Assembly (NCBI GenBank): GCA_002898395.1
Contig: BEHE01000006.1
Span: 29,122 to 93,121 of the forward strand
Reading direction: 5' to 3'
DNA: 64,000 nucleotides
From: Candidatus Calditenuaceae archaeon HR02
Lineage (GTDB): Archaea > Thermoproteota > Nitrososphaeria_A > Caldarchaeales > Calditenuaceae
Of the stretch, positions 49,057-59,323 are shown piece by piece. Each line of letters begins with the position of its first letter. The first letter of the stretch is position 1. The notes beneath the pieces were generated by a model. It saw nothing but the letters and a program-made list of their open reading frames with translations, was not told where the DNA came from and did not search any database. The position numbers and the translations under genes were made by a program.

Positions 49057-50939
49057 GCATCTACGAGGAGCTCGGCCTCAAGGTCGGCCTCGAGGTCCAC
49101 AGGCAGCTCGACACCAGGAGAAAGCTCTTCTGCGGATGCAGCGCCTCGCCATCCGAGGGTAGCGGGCCAAGGCTCAGGATCACGCGCTACTTGAGGGAGA
49201 CCCAGAGCGAGCTGGGGGAGGTTGACCAGGCCGCCAGGTTCGAGTCGAGGAGGATGAGGAGGATCGTCTACGAGTTCTCCCCAGCCTCCTCATGCCTCGT
49301 AGAGCTCGACGAGGAGCCACCCCACCCACTAAACGAGGAGGCCGTCAGGATAGCCCTGACCGTAGCGCTTATGTTGAAGGCTAGGCCCGTGGACGAGGTC
49401 CACGTTATGAGGAAGATCGTGATAGATGGCAGCAACACCTCTGGGTTCCAGAGGACATGTATGGTGGCTCTGGGAGGGGAGCTGTCCGTCGACGGCCTGA
49501 GGGTGCCTATCCAGACCATCACTTTAGAGGAGGACGCCGCCAGGATCGTCAGGTCGGACGCCGATGAGGTTGTCTACGACCTCTCGAGGCTGGGTATCCC
49601 GCTCATCGAGGTCTCGACGGCGCCTGTCCTCAACTCACCCTCGGAGGTGACCAGGACGGCCGAGGCGATCGGGAGGGCGTTGAGGGCGACGCGGGGAGTC
49701 AAGCGCGGCCTCGGGAGCGTGAGACAGGACCTAAACATCTCCATCAAAGGAAGCGGGTTGATGGAGGTGAAGGGTGTCCAAGAGCTCGAGTTGATACCGA
49801 GGGTCGTGGAGTACGAGGTGAGGAGGCTGAGACACCTCCTCATACTGATTGAGGAGCTGAGGTCCAGGGGGGTTAGGCCGGAGGCCGTGGAGTCCCAGCC
49901 GATAGTGGATCTCACAGGCGTCTTCGAGGGCAGCAGTAGCCGCGTGATTAGGCGGAAGATAGGAGAGGGAGGCGTGGTCCTCGGCCTCAGGCTCCCAGGC
50001 TTCGCGGGCCTCCTGAAGGGCGAGGGGGACGTCAGGCTTGGGAGGGAGCTCTCCGAATACGCGAAGGCGTGGGGCGGTGTGGAGGGGATCTTCCACTCAG
50101 ACGAGCTTCCAGGCTACGGCATAGGCGAGGAGGAGGTCAGAGCGGTTAGGGAGACGCTGGGCGCGGGCGAGAGAGACGCCTTCGTCCTCGTTGCTGGCCG
50201 CGAGCAAAAGGCGCGCGAGGCCTTGGAGGCTGTGAGGAGCAGGGCGGCTCAAGCGGTCTACCAGATACCTGACGAGACCCGCGCAGCCCTAGCCGATGGC
50301 ACGACCTGCTACATGAGGCCCCGACCAGGCTCGGCGAGGATGTATCCCGAGACCGACATCCCACCCTTCCCAGTCTCCAGAGAACTCATCGAGGAGATTG
50401 AGAGGAGCCTCCCACCACCGCTGGAAAGCGTGGCTGCCTCGCTTATGAAGAGGTTTGGGCTGAGCTCTCAGCTTGCGTGGGAGGTGATTGACTCCGAGAT
50501 GCTCGAGGAGTTCGAGGAGATCGTGAGGCTCGGCGTCTCTCCCAGCGTAGTAGCCAGCATCCTGACTGAGGGGCTTAAGCAGCTGAGGAGGGAGGGCGCC
50601 CCAGTCGAGAACCTGACCCCAGCCCACATCAGGGGCTACTTCGCCCTTGTCAGCCGCGGAGCCACGGCCAAGGAGTCCGCCCTCCCAGTCCTCGCAGAGC
50701 TCGCCAAGAACCCCAGCCTAACCGCCGAGGAGGCCGTCGAGAGGCTTGGGCTCAAGGCCCCACCCCTAGAGGAGGTAGTGGCCTTCATTGAGGAGCTCGT
50801 GGGGGCCGTGCCTCAGGATGAGAGGAGGTCAGCGGCGGGCAGACTTATGGGAGAATTGATGAAGAGATACCGCGGGAGAGTTGACGGAGCCCTCCTCAAC
50901 AAGCTCCTTATGGAGAGGCTGGGCGCCCAGAGGCCTTAG
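49053..50939 (+). CDS. gatE: Glu-tRNA(Gln) amidotransferase subunit E
   Basis: GLEVHRQLDT..KLFC, DGSNTSGFQRT, RMYPETDIP. Confidence 0.96.
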   Translation: MSIYEELGLKVGLEVHRQLDTRRKLFCGCSASPSEGSGPRLRITRYLRETQSELGEVDQAARFESRRMRRIVYEFSPASSCLVELDEEPPHPLNEEAVRIALTVALMLKARPVDEVHVMRKIVIDGSNTSGFQRTCMVALGGELSVDGLRVPIQTITLEEDAARIVRSDADEVVYDLSRLGIPLIEVSTAPVLNSPSEVTRTAEAIGRALRATRGVKRGLGSVRQDLNISIKGSGLMEVKGVQELELIPRVVEYEVRRLRHLLILIEELRSRGVRPEAVESQPIVDLTGVFEGSSSRVIRRKIGEGGVVLGLRLPGFAGLLKGEGDVRLGRELSEYAKAWGGVEGIFHSDELPGYGIGEEEVRAVRETLGAGERDAFVLVAGREQKAREALEAVRSRAAQAVYQIPDETRAALADGTTCYMRPRPGSARMYPETDIPPFPVSRELIEEIERSLPPPLESVAASLMKRFGLSSQLAWEVIDSEMLEEFEEIVRLGVSPSVVASILTEGLKQLRREGAPVENLTPAHIRGYFALVSRGATAKESALPVLAELAKNPSLTAEEAVERLGLKAPPLEEVVAFIEELVGAVPQDERRSAAGRLMGELMKRYRGRVDGALLNKLLMERLGAQRP

Positions 50940-52015
50940 ACCTCATCCACGCCCCCGCCACCGGCGACCCGAAGGGCGGTGTAGACTGCGAGTAGCGCTG
51001 TGGGGGCTGCCAGCTCTGTCGGAAGCGTCATCGCCGGCGCCAGGTCCACGACTAGGTCAGCCACCCTGTAGACTCCCTTGGGTATCCCTTCACGGGCCCC
51101 GAAGAGGAAGTTGACACGCCTGGCAGACCTATAGAGCTCTGAGAGCCGCTCCGAGGCCCTCGAGAGCTCCACGCCCTCAGGCTCAAAGACTATTATGGGC
51201 TCACCCCTCCGCGCCCTCACCAGCTGGTAGAGGTCCTGGACGAGAACCTCGACGCGCCTTGGCCTCCTAGCGTATGCGCGGCTCTGAACCTCAAGCCTAC
51301 TCTCCTGCCCCTCCAGTATGCCAAGGATGAACTCAGCAAGAGACCTGGCCTCCACGGGTTCCGCCGGAGCCACCACGACCTCGCCCACCTCGAAAGCCTG
51401 GACAGCCCTCCCGATCCTTGCACCCATCTCCCTACACGACTTAGGAGGTCCAATATACGGCATCTGAACCACGCTAATCTTGCTGAAGAAGCCCCAGGCC
51501 TCCCTCTTCCCAGGCCCCATCTTCACCCACTCCCGACCACCCTCATAGACCGAGAGATACGCGGCGTCGTCTATGATCTCGACGCGAACGACCATGTCCG
51601 GGTGGTCCAAGTCGACTAGTGAAGAGTACTCGCGTTGTATGGCTGCGCCTACTGCGACGTTTACGTCCAGGCTTGTGAAGCTGTGGCGCCCCCGCCTCAC
51701 AGTCCTGACGGCGAAGGACTTCCCGCTGTCGAGCCTGCCTCGGGCCGCCCGGACCGCGGCCTCCGCAATATCCTCCAAGCTAGCCGCCTTCGCAGAGGCC
51801 ACCACCCTGTAGGCGCTCTCGGACTCCAAGACCTCTGAGAGTATCCGTTGGTAGAGGCTATCCGGATCACTGCACCGCACCACCCCCACGAGCCCCACGT
51901 ATCCTCCAGGCCTAACCACCACCTCGGCCCCAGGGTCCAGCTCAGCTATCCTCGAGGCGCAGACCTCCTCAAGCCCCAGCGGAGTCTTAACCAGTATCTC
52001 CAAGACCAGCCCCAA
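50936..52015 (-). CDS. THUMP + SPOUT RNA methyltransferase
   Basis: SFAVRTVRRG THUMP domain; GAREGIPKG..DLAP..TLPTE SPOUT knot. Confidence 0.85.
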   Translation of the reverse strand: MGLVLEILVKTPLGLEEVCASRIAELDPGAEVVVRPGGYVGLVGVVRCSDPDSLYQRILSEVLESESAYRVVASAKAASLEDIAEAAVRAARGRLDSGKSFAVRTVRRGRHSFTSLDVNVAVGAAIQREYSSLVDLDHPDMVVRVEIIDDAAYLSVYEGGREWVKMGPGKREAWGFFSKISVVQMPYIGPPKSCREMGARIGRAVQAFEVGEVVVAPAEPVEARSLAEFILGILEGQESRLEVQSRAYARRPRRVEVLVQDLYQLVRARRGEPIIVFEPEGVELSRASERLSELYRSARRVNFLFGAREGIPKGVYRVADLVVDLAPAMTLPTELAAPTALLAVYTALRVAGGGGVDEV

Positions 52016-53708
52016 GCCTCCTCAAGCCAATAATCCTAGCCCTAACCTCTCTGAAGTATATGCGCTCCTTCTGAACTGTCTTCTCGAGGATCTTGGCTGC
52101 TGAGTAGAGCTGGGCTGGGTCTCCGTGGGCGAGGAAGTTGATGAGGAGAGGGTAGGCCCGGACCCTGAACTCCCTCTCACCCCACCCCCTCTCCACGCAG
52201 AGCCTCACCAATCCCTCGACACCTTCACTGAAGCTCTCGAGACTCGGAGCTCTACATCCACAGCTGAAGTCCTTTGCGAAGAAGAAGACGTAGTCAAAGG
52301 GCATCGAGTCTACCTGAAGGGCGTGAAATGTTGTCTGATAGGCCTTGAGATATGGTTGTGGCGAGGCCGCGATGAACCCGAATCCCGCCTCCCTCAAGGC
52401 CTTGAAGAAGGCCGCGACAACGGAGGCGTCCTTGCTGTTGAACGTGGAGACTAGGAGGCCTGAGGGCTTGAGGACCCTGCTGCACTCCGAGAAGACCTCC
52501 TTCAGCCCCTCACAGTAGTCTTGGAGCGTCGATCCCCTAGCCCTGTTTATCACGACCTCACCCTCCTTCGGCGAGGATCCCCCAAATATCCAGAGGAAAT
52601 AGTCTGAGAGCTCAGCATAGTTAACATTGTCGCCGTAGGGCGGGTCTGTTATGACAGCGTCTACCGTGCTTGGGGGGATTGGGAGCCTCCTTGCATCCTG
52701 GTTCAGGACCATGTAGGTGCAACCCCTCGACAAATCCTCGAAAGAGTTGGCCTCACGAGAATACTCGCCTATGTAGGAGTTCGAGTAGCTCTTGCCGCGC
52801 ACTACTGCGCGGGCCCTATTCAGAAACTGCCTCCAGACATTCACCTCAACATGTCTCGGGTAGATCCAATAGGCGTGCATCGCCCAGCCCTCGAGAATCC
52901 TGCCTCTCAAGTGGCTCATCTTCGAGGCCCACTTCAACGTGCTGCTGAGCGTGAAGAGGAGGAAGGACCTGACAGGACCGAGGCTCCCGGCGGCACAGAC
53001 CTCCTCCACCGCCTCCCTAATCTTGAGGACAATGTAGAGGTTCCGCGGGGTGTAGAGCTCGTCGAAGAATCTTAGGCCTCGCTTAAGGAGGTCTCGGGTC
53101 TTGTCACCGTACGGTATCCTAACCCTCTCGAACTTGGGTGGGCTTGGGGGCGGCGGGAGGTCGCCGGGCTCTGGCCTCTTCTCTCCCCGCGCACCACAAG
53201 CTGGGCAGCTATAGAAGGCCCTAATCGGCTCCCCACCTTCCGATAAGAACTCGGTCCAGTGTACCTGGGCCCCACCGCCGCAGGAGAGGCAGCGGATATA
53301 GTAGAGCCTCCGGGCCAGCGGTTCGACCCTCTCCCCGAGCAGCTCTAAAGCCCTCTCATACAGCCCCAAGTCTAGATGCGCGACCTCGTGCCTCATTATG
53401 AGTGCGGCTAGGGGGTTGATGTCAACAGCTATCACCCTCCTCCGCTCCGCGAGGCCCTCTACGAGGACGACGCCTCCACCGGCGAAGGGGTCGAGTATCA
53501 GGTCGCCGGGGCTAGTGAATTGCTGGATTAGTGTTTTGAAGAGCTTCCAGGGCCTCCTAGCCCAGAACTTGTGCATTGTGTAGACTGGTGTGTGGGCTGT
53601 GGCTTGGAGTGTTCCGAGCCCCTTGATCTTGTATGCGAGGCCGGGAGGTGAGTGGGGATCGATGACGGGCTGCTGTGCGTCGAGTCTTGTGCCGCTCCCC
53701 TCCAGCAC
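51987..53708 (-). CDS. amino-DNA methyltransferase with Zn-ribbon (orphan)
   Basis: HKFWARRP, DPFAGGG motif I, TDPPY motif IV, CxxC pairs. Confidence 0.85.
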   Translation of the reverse strand: MLEGSGTRLDAQQPVIDPHSPPGLAYKIKGLGTLQATAHTPVYTMHKFWARRPWKLFKTLIQQFTSPGDLILDPFAGGGVVLVEGLAERRRVIAVDINPLAALIMRHEVAHLDLGLYERALELLGERVEPLARRLYYIRCLSCGGGAQVHWTEFLSEGGEPIRAFYSCPACGARGEKRPEPGDLPPPPSPPKFERVRIPYGDKTRDLLKRGLRFFDELYTPRNLYIVLKIREAVEEVCAAGSLGPVRSFLLFTLSSTLKWASKMSHLRGRILEGWAMHAYWIYPRHVEVNVWRQFLNRARAVVRGKSYSNSYIGEYSREANSFEDLSRGCTYMVLNQDARRLPIPPSTVDAVITDPPYGDNVNYAELSDYFLWIFGGSSPKEGEVVINRARGSTLQDYCEGLKEVFSECSRVLKPSGLLVSTFNSKDASVVAAFFKALREAGFGFIAASPQPYLKAYQTTFHALQVDSMPFDYVFFFAKDFSCGCRAPSLESFSEGVEGLVRLCVERGWGEREFRVRAYPLLINFLAHGDPAQLYSAAKILEKTVQKERIYFREVRARIIGLRRLGAGLGDTG

Positions 53709-53733
53709 TACTCACCCCCACCCAGGAGACCCC

Positions 53734-54621
53734 CTAGGGGCTCACCCTCTCGACGCCCTCCCGCATCTTCTCGGCGTCCTCCCTCACCGCCGAGTTCTCA
53801 AGCCGCGCAGGGCCTTGGGAACGCATCCTATGCGCCACGGCGGCCATCGCTAGCGCCAGCGCATAGGCTCTGTCACCAGTCTCAAGTAGGCCGACGAGGT
53901 AGGCTCCGCCCACTACGTCGCCGGCGCCCACCGTGTCCACAACCTTTTCAGCCCTCACCAAGCCCCTCAAGACCACGCCACCCCCACAGACCCATATGCC
54001 GTGTGAGGCTGAGGAGGCCACTACATCGCAGCCAAGCGTCTCAGATGCCTTGACGACAGCTTCGCGCGGTGTGGAGTATCCGAGGGCTCTATACTCCTCC
54101 TCGGAGAACCTCAAGACACTTACGCCCCTGAACTGTTCGAGGCTTATCGGCCTTAGGGACACGCTGTTGTCCGGACCTAGGACCCTCATCATCCCCTGCG
54201 GGTCCAGCGTAACTATCCTAAACCTCTCCACAGCAGCCGCAACCAGCTCTGCGGAGACCTCCCCCGCGACTGGGCCGAGGTAGATGGCGTCTGCTTCTAG
54301 CTCCAGCTGCTCCACGCTTATCTCCGCGCACCTCGCCGGGACCCACATCCTTCGGCCGCCGTCAAGCCTCTCAATCCTGAAGCGAGTGGTCACATGACCC
54401 TCTAGCACCCTAACGTGGGACGTGTCCACGCCGAGCTCCCTGAGCCTGTCTAGGAGCCAGAGACCATCGGAACCGATGGCGGAGACCACCAACGCTCTGT
54501 GTCCGAGCGAGGAGATCGTTAGGCCGGCGTAGGTTGGGACGCCGCCGGGCGAGACTCTCCCGCCCCCGTGCCAGACCACCTCGTCCACCACTACATGACC
54601 CACAACCCCAATCCGCAGCAC
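53734..54621 (-). CDS. PfkB-family carbohydrate kinase
   Basis: GG..Y, DPQG, DTVGAGD signature. Confidence 0.88.
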   Translation of the reverse strand: MLRIGVVGHVVVDEVVWHGGGRVSPGGVPTYAGLTISSLGHRALVVSAIGSDGLWLLDRLRELGVDTSHVRVLEGHVTTRFRIERLDGGRRMWVPARCAEISVEQLELEADAIYLGPVAGEVSAELVAAAVERFRIVTLDPQGMMRVLGPDNSVSLRPISLEQFRGVSVLRFSEEEYRALGYSTPREAVVKASETLGCDVVASSASHGIWVCGGGVVLRGLVRAEKVVDTVGAGDVVGGAYLVGLLETGDRAYALALAMAAVAHRMRSQGPARLENSAVREDAEKMREGVERVSP

Positions 54622-54770
54622 AGAGACTCAACAACCCATGCCCACAAAACAAGATAAAACTCTATAGACGGGCTGGAATAAAACTGTCTTAAACCTAACT
54701 ATTCCAGATCCTCTATTCCTGTGGTTATGTATCTCTTCTCAGGGTTATTTTTTCTCGGCTTTTTTCTGAG

Positions 54771-55655
54771 CGCTCATCTCGGCATCATAAGGGATAGCAG
54801 TGTACTGAACCACCTTGTAGGCATGTTGATCAAAAGGGCTGGGAACGACAGGTATCCTTGCAGGTACCTCTTACTGACTCCCCTGAACTTCATCAAGAAC
54901 GGCCTTAGAAACGATTGTCTGTTCTCGCAGTGGTTGATGTGGACGATCTCTTCAGCATACCTTTCAGAGTGCCTTATCCTCAAATGAGATATGCCGATTG
55001 AATCGAGTCTATCGTATGCCTTGTACTAGTCTGTTATAACTATGCAGTCCCCAGAAGCGATAGAGGATATCTCGTGAACTGCCTTCTCCATGTCATTCAT
55101 CACGACGAACTCCATCACTCCATCTAGCCTCCTGACTAGGTTCATAACAGGAGGCCTATCACCATCATATTTTCGCCTTCCCCTAACAGATAATTCCCTC
55201 CTAGGATCATCGCCTTTAACGCCCTTATCCCCCACGCTCACGTATCCCTCGTAAGCCTCGCATAAACCCCCAGCCTAATCCCGCCCACCCTCTTAGCTAG
55301 CTCCCGCACCTCCCTCACGAAATTTAGGACCAACTCAAAGTCCCTACCAGGCCCCCTAGATATCTGGTTATCTCCATTGAGAGTATGATGTAGAACATCT
55401 CCTCCAGGCTAATCCTATATTTAGAGAGTATCGTGTCTGTTAAATCGTTGAACTTCCTGTTACATAATGTGCACTCGTATACTTGGTATCAGTTCCTGTC
55501 CTTTTACACACACCTTAGACCATCCCTGAACCTTATCCGCCTGAGTTGAGGCACCTCTCCCTATCGGGAAGGAATACCGACCTGACCGCATCAGGGTCCA
55601 CGACGAATATACCGGGAAGAAGACATATTAATCTCCTCTGAGACCGAGATGAGCG
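54771..55655 (-). mobile_element. degenerate IS1595-family element with terminal inverted repeats
   Basis: Fragments VITD*, HINHCENRQSFLRPFL..FRGVSKRYLQGY; TIR cgctcatctcgg at 54771 and its reverse complement ending 55655. Confidence 0.8.
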
Positions 55656-56117
55656 ATGCTCGAAGAGCTTGTAAAGCGGTTAGAGGGTGCATCGAAGGAT
55701 TTAAAGCGGGTTTTCGGCGAGTCCTTTACTGGCTTGCTACTTTTTGGAAGCCATCCTAGAGGCGAGTCTTCTGAGGAAAGCGATATCGATGTTCTTGTGG
55801 TTGTGAGGGGGATCAGGGGTTTAAGGATTAGAGGAGAGATTTACAGCGTCCTGGCCAAACATGTTGGAAAACCGCTTACACTAATTGTCGTGGATTTGAC
55901 AGATCTCTTGAGAGACGACCTAGAAATTACGCCGCTGTTGCTTAATGCACTCTATGACGGTATCACAGTATATGATGAATTTGGAGTGCTTGAAAAGTTG
56001 AAGTCGAAGGTTACCGAACTAGTCAAGAAAGCTGGTCTCGTAAGATACAAGACGCCTGACGGAAAATATGGCTGGAAGAGGTCTGATGGTAAACCTATCG
56101 AGGCCGTAGAAGTTTGA
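55656..56117 (+). CDS. minimal nucleotidyltransferase (MNT) antitoxin
   Basis: LFGS..RG....SDIDVLVV. Confidence 0.9.
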   Translation: MLEELVKRLEGASKDLKRVFGESFTGLLLFGSHPRGESSEESDIDVLVVVRGIRGLRIRGEIYSVLAKHVGKPLTLIVVDLTDLLRDDLEITPLLLNALYDGITVYDEFGVLEKLKSKVTELVKKAGLVRYKTPDGKYGWKRSDGKPIEAVEV

Positions 56118-56548
56118 GGTTTAACCCAAGAAACGAGTCGTCTTACAAAGCAAAGCTTGCTGTTCGGTATCTGGAGGAGGCCGAGGAGGCTTTTAAGCGG
56201 AGGAATTATAGAGAGGTGGTGGCTTCATCCCAGCTCAGCGCTGAGAACTCCGCGAAAGCGGTCATAGCATTGTTTAGGACCTCAAGCTGGAGTCACGACC
56301 CATCATACGAGTTACTTGAAGTCTTATCGATGCGGCCCTCAGATCTGAGGAAGTTAGCTGAAGAGCTCGCTGAGATTACCAGACGGCTTGCACCAGAACA
56401 TGGGAGGGCAACGTATGGTGAGCCCTTGAGAGGTCTTACACCTTGGGATATATATGATGAGGAAAACGCTTCTGAAGCGCTTTTGAGTGCTAGGAAAGCC
56501 AAAGAGATAGTGGAGATAATACTTGGGAGGTTAGGGGCGTCTTTATAG
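56114..56548 (+). CDS. HEPN-domain protein
   Basis: A...LEEA, SQLSAEN..KA, HD, terminal A..A...A pattern; overlaps MNT. Confidence 0.88.
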   Translation: MRFNPRNESSYKAKLAVRYLEEAEEAFKRRNYREVVASSQLSAENSAKAVIALFRTSSWSHDPSYELLEVLSMRPSDLRKLAEELAEITRRLAPEHGRATYGEPLRGLTPWDIYDEENASEALLSARKAKEIVEIILGRLGASL

Positions 56549-56603
56549 TATGTTGAAAAATGTGGCTCCTGCCTGCAGGCCTGCAAATCGTATTCAGTAG
56601 GTT

Positions 56604-57425
56604 GATGCGTTGTGGCTTAATTCATAGGTTCCTTTAGATTCCCGAGCCTAGTCTCCGGCATCGTCTGGGCGCTTTTCGGGTTTTGATGGCGTTCTCTTAT
56701 AAAGAGTAAGGTCTATGGCCTGCCGTTACTTCCCTTTATCGATGAGCTCCTACTTGGGGAGGGTTGATGAGAGGCTGATAAGGAGGGGTGAGATAATACT
56801 GGACCTTAGGTTCGTTAAGAGTTACTCTGATGAGCTTAGGGAGTTGAATTATGGTAAGAGGGTTAGGCCATACAGGATAATCATTAGCTTCATCATATTC
56901 CTAGCTGTTCTTGGTATGTTTTCTCTGTTGGGTTTAGGCAGCTGGAGGGGTTCACTATAGCCCTTAGGAAGATATTCCCAATACTTCCCAGCATAGACTA
57001 TTCATGGATTAGGGGGAGGATGATGAGGCTAGGTATCGATCTAAGCCCCCTAAAGGCACTGAGAGATTCTAGAGGGCCTGTAGTTGTAGTCTTGGATTCT
57101 ACTGGTGTTAGGGCATGTAGGGCTGGTTCTTGGCTTGAGAGGAAGTATGGTAAGAGGAGGAGGTATGTGAAGGTCCACTTCTCTGTAGACGCCAAGACCG
57201 GAGAGATATTGGACTTGGATGTGACTAGGGACGACGTTCACGACTCGGAGATGACCATGAAGATGGTGGAGAATTCAATGAAGTCTAGGAAGGTCTCAAG
57301 AGTGGTAGCCGATGGAACGTACGACTCGATCAGGTTGTACAGATATCTGGAGAGCATGGATATAGAGCAAGTGATCAAGACGAGAAGGGAAGCGAGGGCG
57401 GATAGAGGGCCTCCCTCTAGGATGC
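56604..57425 (+). mobile_element. IS5-family transposase remnant, frameshifted and 3'-truncated
   Basis: ERLIRRGEI, LDSTG, YVKVHFSVD, VHDS, ADGTYD; end motif gatgcgttgtggcttaattc at 56604. Confidence 0.8.
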
Positions 57426-57766
57426 ACATTCTTTTAGATAGGATAGATTTAATGCTTGAGAGAAAAGATGCATTGGGTGTAATAACTTATGATTATGAGG
57501 GAAAGAAAGACGCCTTGTATAGAGGACTGCTGGACGAGTTGAGGGAGGAAGGTTCACTCATGTGGCCTGATATGAGAAGGCGCAAGAGAAGGAATATCGT
57601 GGATACGATTCACTTTCTCCAAAATCACCTTTCGTACGGTCTTCAATTAGCGGGCATAGTAATCTATCAACTTAGAGGAAAATACGAATCCCCAAATAAA
57701 GTGGGGATTTCCTTGTCTCTAATTGAGAAAATATTTGACAAAACCCAGAAACAGGTAGTTATATAA
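57425..57766 (+). pseudogene. DUF3800-like C-terminal fragment fused in frame to the IS5 remnant
   Basis: NIVDTIHF...SYGLQLAG.V.Y resembles the DUF3800 QxAD motif. Confidence 0.45.
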
Positions 57767-57922
57767 CGTGGGGCCTTAAAGTGTTACCATCTATGGATTG
57801 AGGAGCGGCTGGGAGAGGACGTCGTTACGAACACCTATCTTGGTCGCTATGGGCGGTCCACCAGTCGCAACTATTAATATGTAGAGTTAATATTTAGCCT
57901 CAGCGAGGCAATAGGGAGAGGG

Positions 57923-58324
57923 CTATAATATTTCGCTTATGCTAGTTACCTTAATCATTTTTCTCGCTTTATCCCTTAATTCAGCATCTTCTGTTACTAG
58001 GGCTAAGCCATTATCTTTAGCCAAGACTACATAGGATGCGTCATAGGCTGTAATCCCTAATTTACCTGCTGTTTCTAGGATCTCATGTTCGTGAGAATGA
58101 GGACTTAGCACGTTCACAACATCTATAATGTCTCTTAGCACATCAACGATTTTGCGTGCCTCCTCAGCGTTAATGCTACCTATCAAGAACGCCTCCTTCC
58201 ATATTGCATTAACCACTTCGTAGATCGTTAACCAGTGGATGTAGTTGTTATTAAGGGGCTTTAGCTTCCTAAGCTTTAACAAAAGTAGTAATGATGATGC
58301 GTCAAAAAGAAGAACATCCCCCAA
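57923..58324 (-). CDS. vapC: VapC PIN-domain toxin
   Basis: LFDASSL, YEVVNAIWK, ITAYDASYV, LVTED. Confidence 0.9.
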   Translation of the reverse strand: MGDVLLFDASSLLLLLKLRKLKPLNNNYIHWLTIYEVVNAIWKEAFLIGSINAEEARKIVDVLRDIIDVVNVLSPHSHEHEILETAGKLGITAYDASYVVLAKDNGLALVTEDAELRDKARKMIKVTSISEIL

Positions 58325-58331
58325 TCAATAG

Positions 58332-58562
58332 TCACCTAGATTTCCTGTCCTCCCGAATCATTTGGGTTATTCTATTAATGTCGAGCTTATCGAGAGCGAT
58401 GCCGAGATTCTCAAGCTTCTTCTCTAGCTCCTCAAGCTTACGTCTCCTAACTTCCTCTTCTAGCGCATGCCTAAGCACCTCAGAGACCTTTACACCGAGC
58501 CGCTGCGCCTCTTCTTTCAACTTTTTCTGGACTTTTGTGGAAATAGTTACGTACTTAACCAA
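58332..58562 (-). CDS. vapB: VapB-type RHH antitoxin
   Basis: VTISTKV..LKEEA..LGV.VSEVLR.ALEEEV, C-terminal IREDR; upstream of vapC. Confidence 0.85.
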   Translation of the reverse strand: MVKYVTISTKVQKKLKEEAQRLGVKVSEVLRHALEEEVRRRKLEELEKKLENLGIALDKLDINRITQMIREDRKSR

Positions 58563-58624
58563 GCCGGCGCCCTATTTGGTAGTAATAGTATGTAGTAAAT
58601 AAAGGTTTACACGGGCTAATTGAT

Positions 58625-58900
58625 GGTGCCCGGGTAAGCGTCTCTAACCACCCCCGCTTTTTACCGCATGATAGTAGATTGCGAATAGGTTTAGGTTCTT
58701 TATTCTTTGCGTGTGGTTCCTCGCGCTTAATTTGCTGTGGAATACCTCTGTCCTCTCTTTAGGTACCTGAAGAACCTCTCGACTCTATTCCTCATCCCGA
58801 GTCTCTGGTGCTCGTACTCCAGTCCTAGCCTCTCCAATGCCCATATATACCGAGAACCCCTAATCCACTATTATCTTAGGCCTGTTCAGGCATTTTCCTA
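58625..58900 (-). pseudogene. IS6-family transposase 3' remnant
   Basis: WALERLGLEYEHQRLGMRNRVERFFRYLK; homologous to 17443-17800. Confidence 0.78.
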
Positions 58901-58921
58901 TTCCTAGTCCTTCTTTAGGAA

Positions 58922-59130
58922 GATGCCTTGTGGCTTAATTCTCTAGCTCGATGCCCTCTTCTCCTGCTGGTGGTACTTTGTCTTGGTTTTATACCGCGTT
59001 CAGTAGGAGGTTGTATATGTATGCCTTCTGTACCATCTCTACCTTCATCCATCTTTGGCTTATTGGATAGTACTTCCTCCCCGAATATGGATTTGAATAC
59101 AGATATTGCAGTTTCTGCCACCGAGATGAG
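58922..59130 (-). pseudogene. IS5-family 3' remnant with terminal repeat
   Basis: AETAISVFKSIFGE..VEMVQKAYIYNLL; gatgccttgtggcttaattc matches the 56604 end. Confidence 0.7.
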
Positions 59131-59323
59131 AGAAAGAAAAAATAGGGGGAGGGTTTTCGTTTGCTTCTCCCGTTTTCCGAGCTCATCCCTCTTCACTGGC
59201 GCTTTCCTCGCTTCGCCAGCAACCTCCTCCTTCTGCGAGCCCTTCCAGACCTGTCCCTTAGGCAGGGGAAATACCCGATCCCCTGTCGCCCGGTTGGGTC
59301 TCACGGACCGGGCGAGCCTGGCT

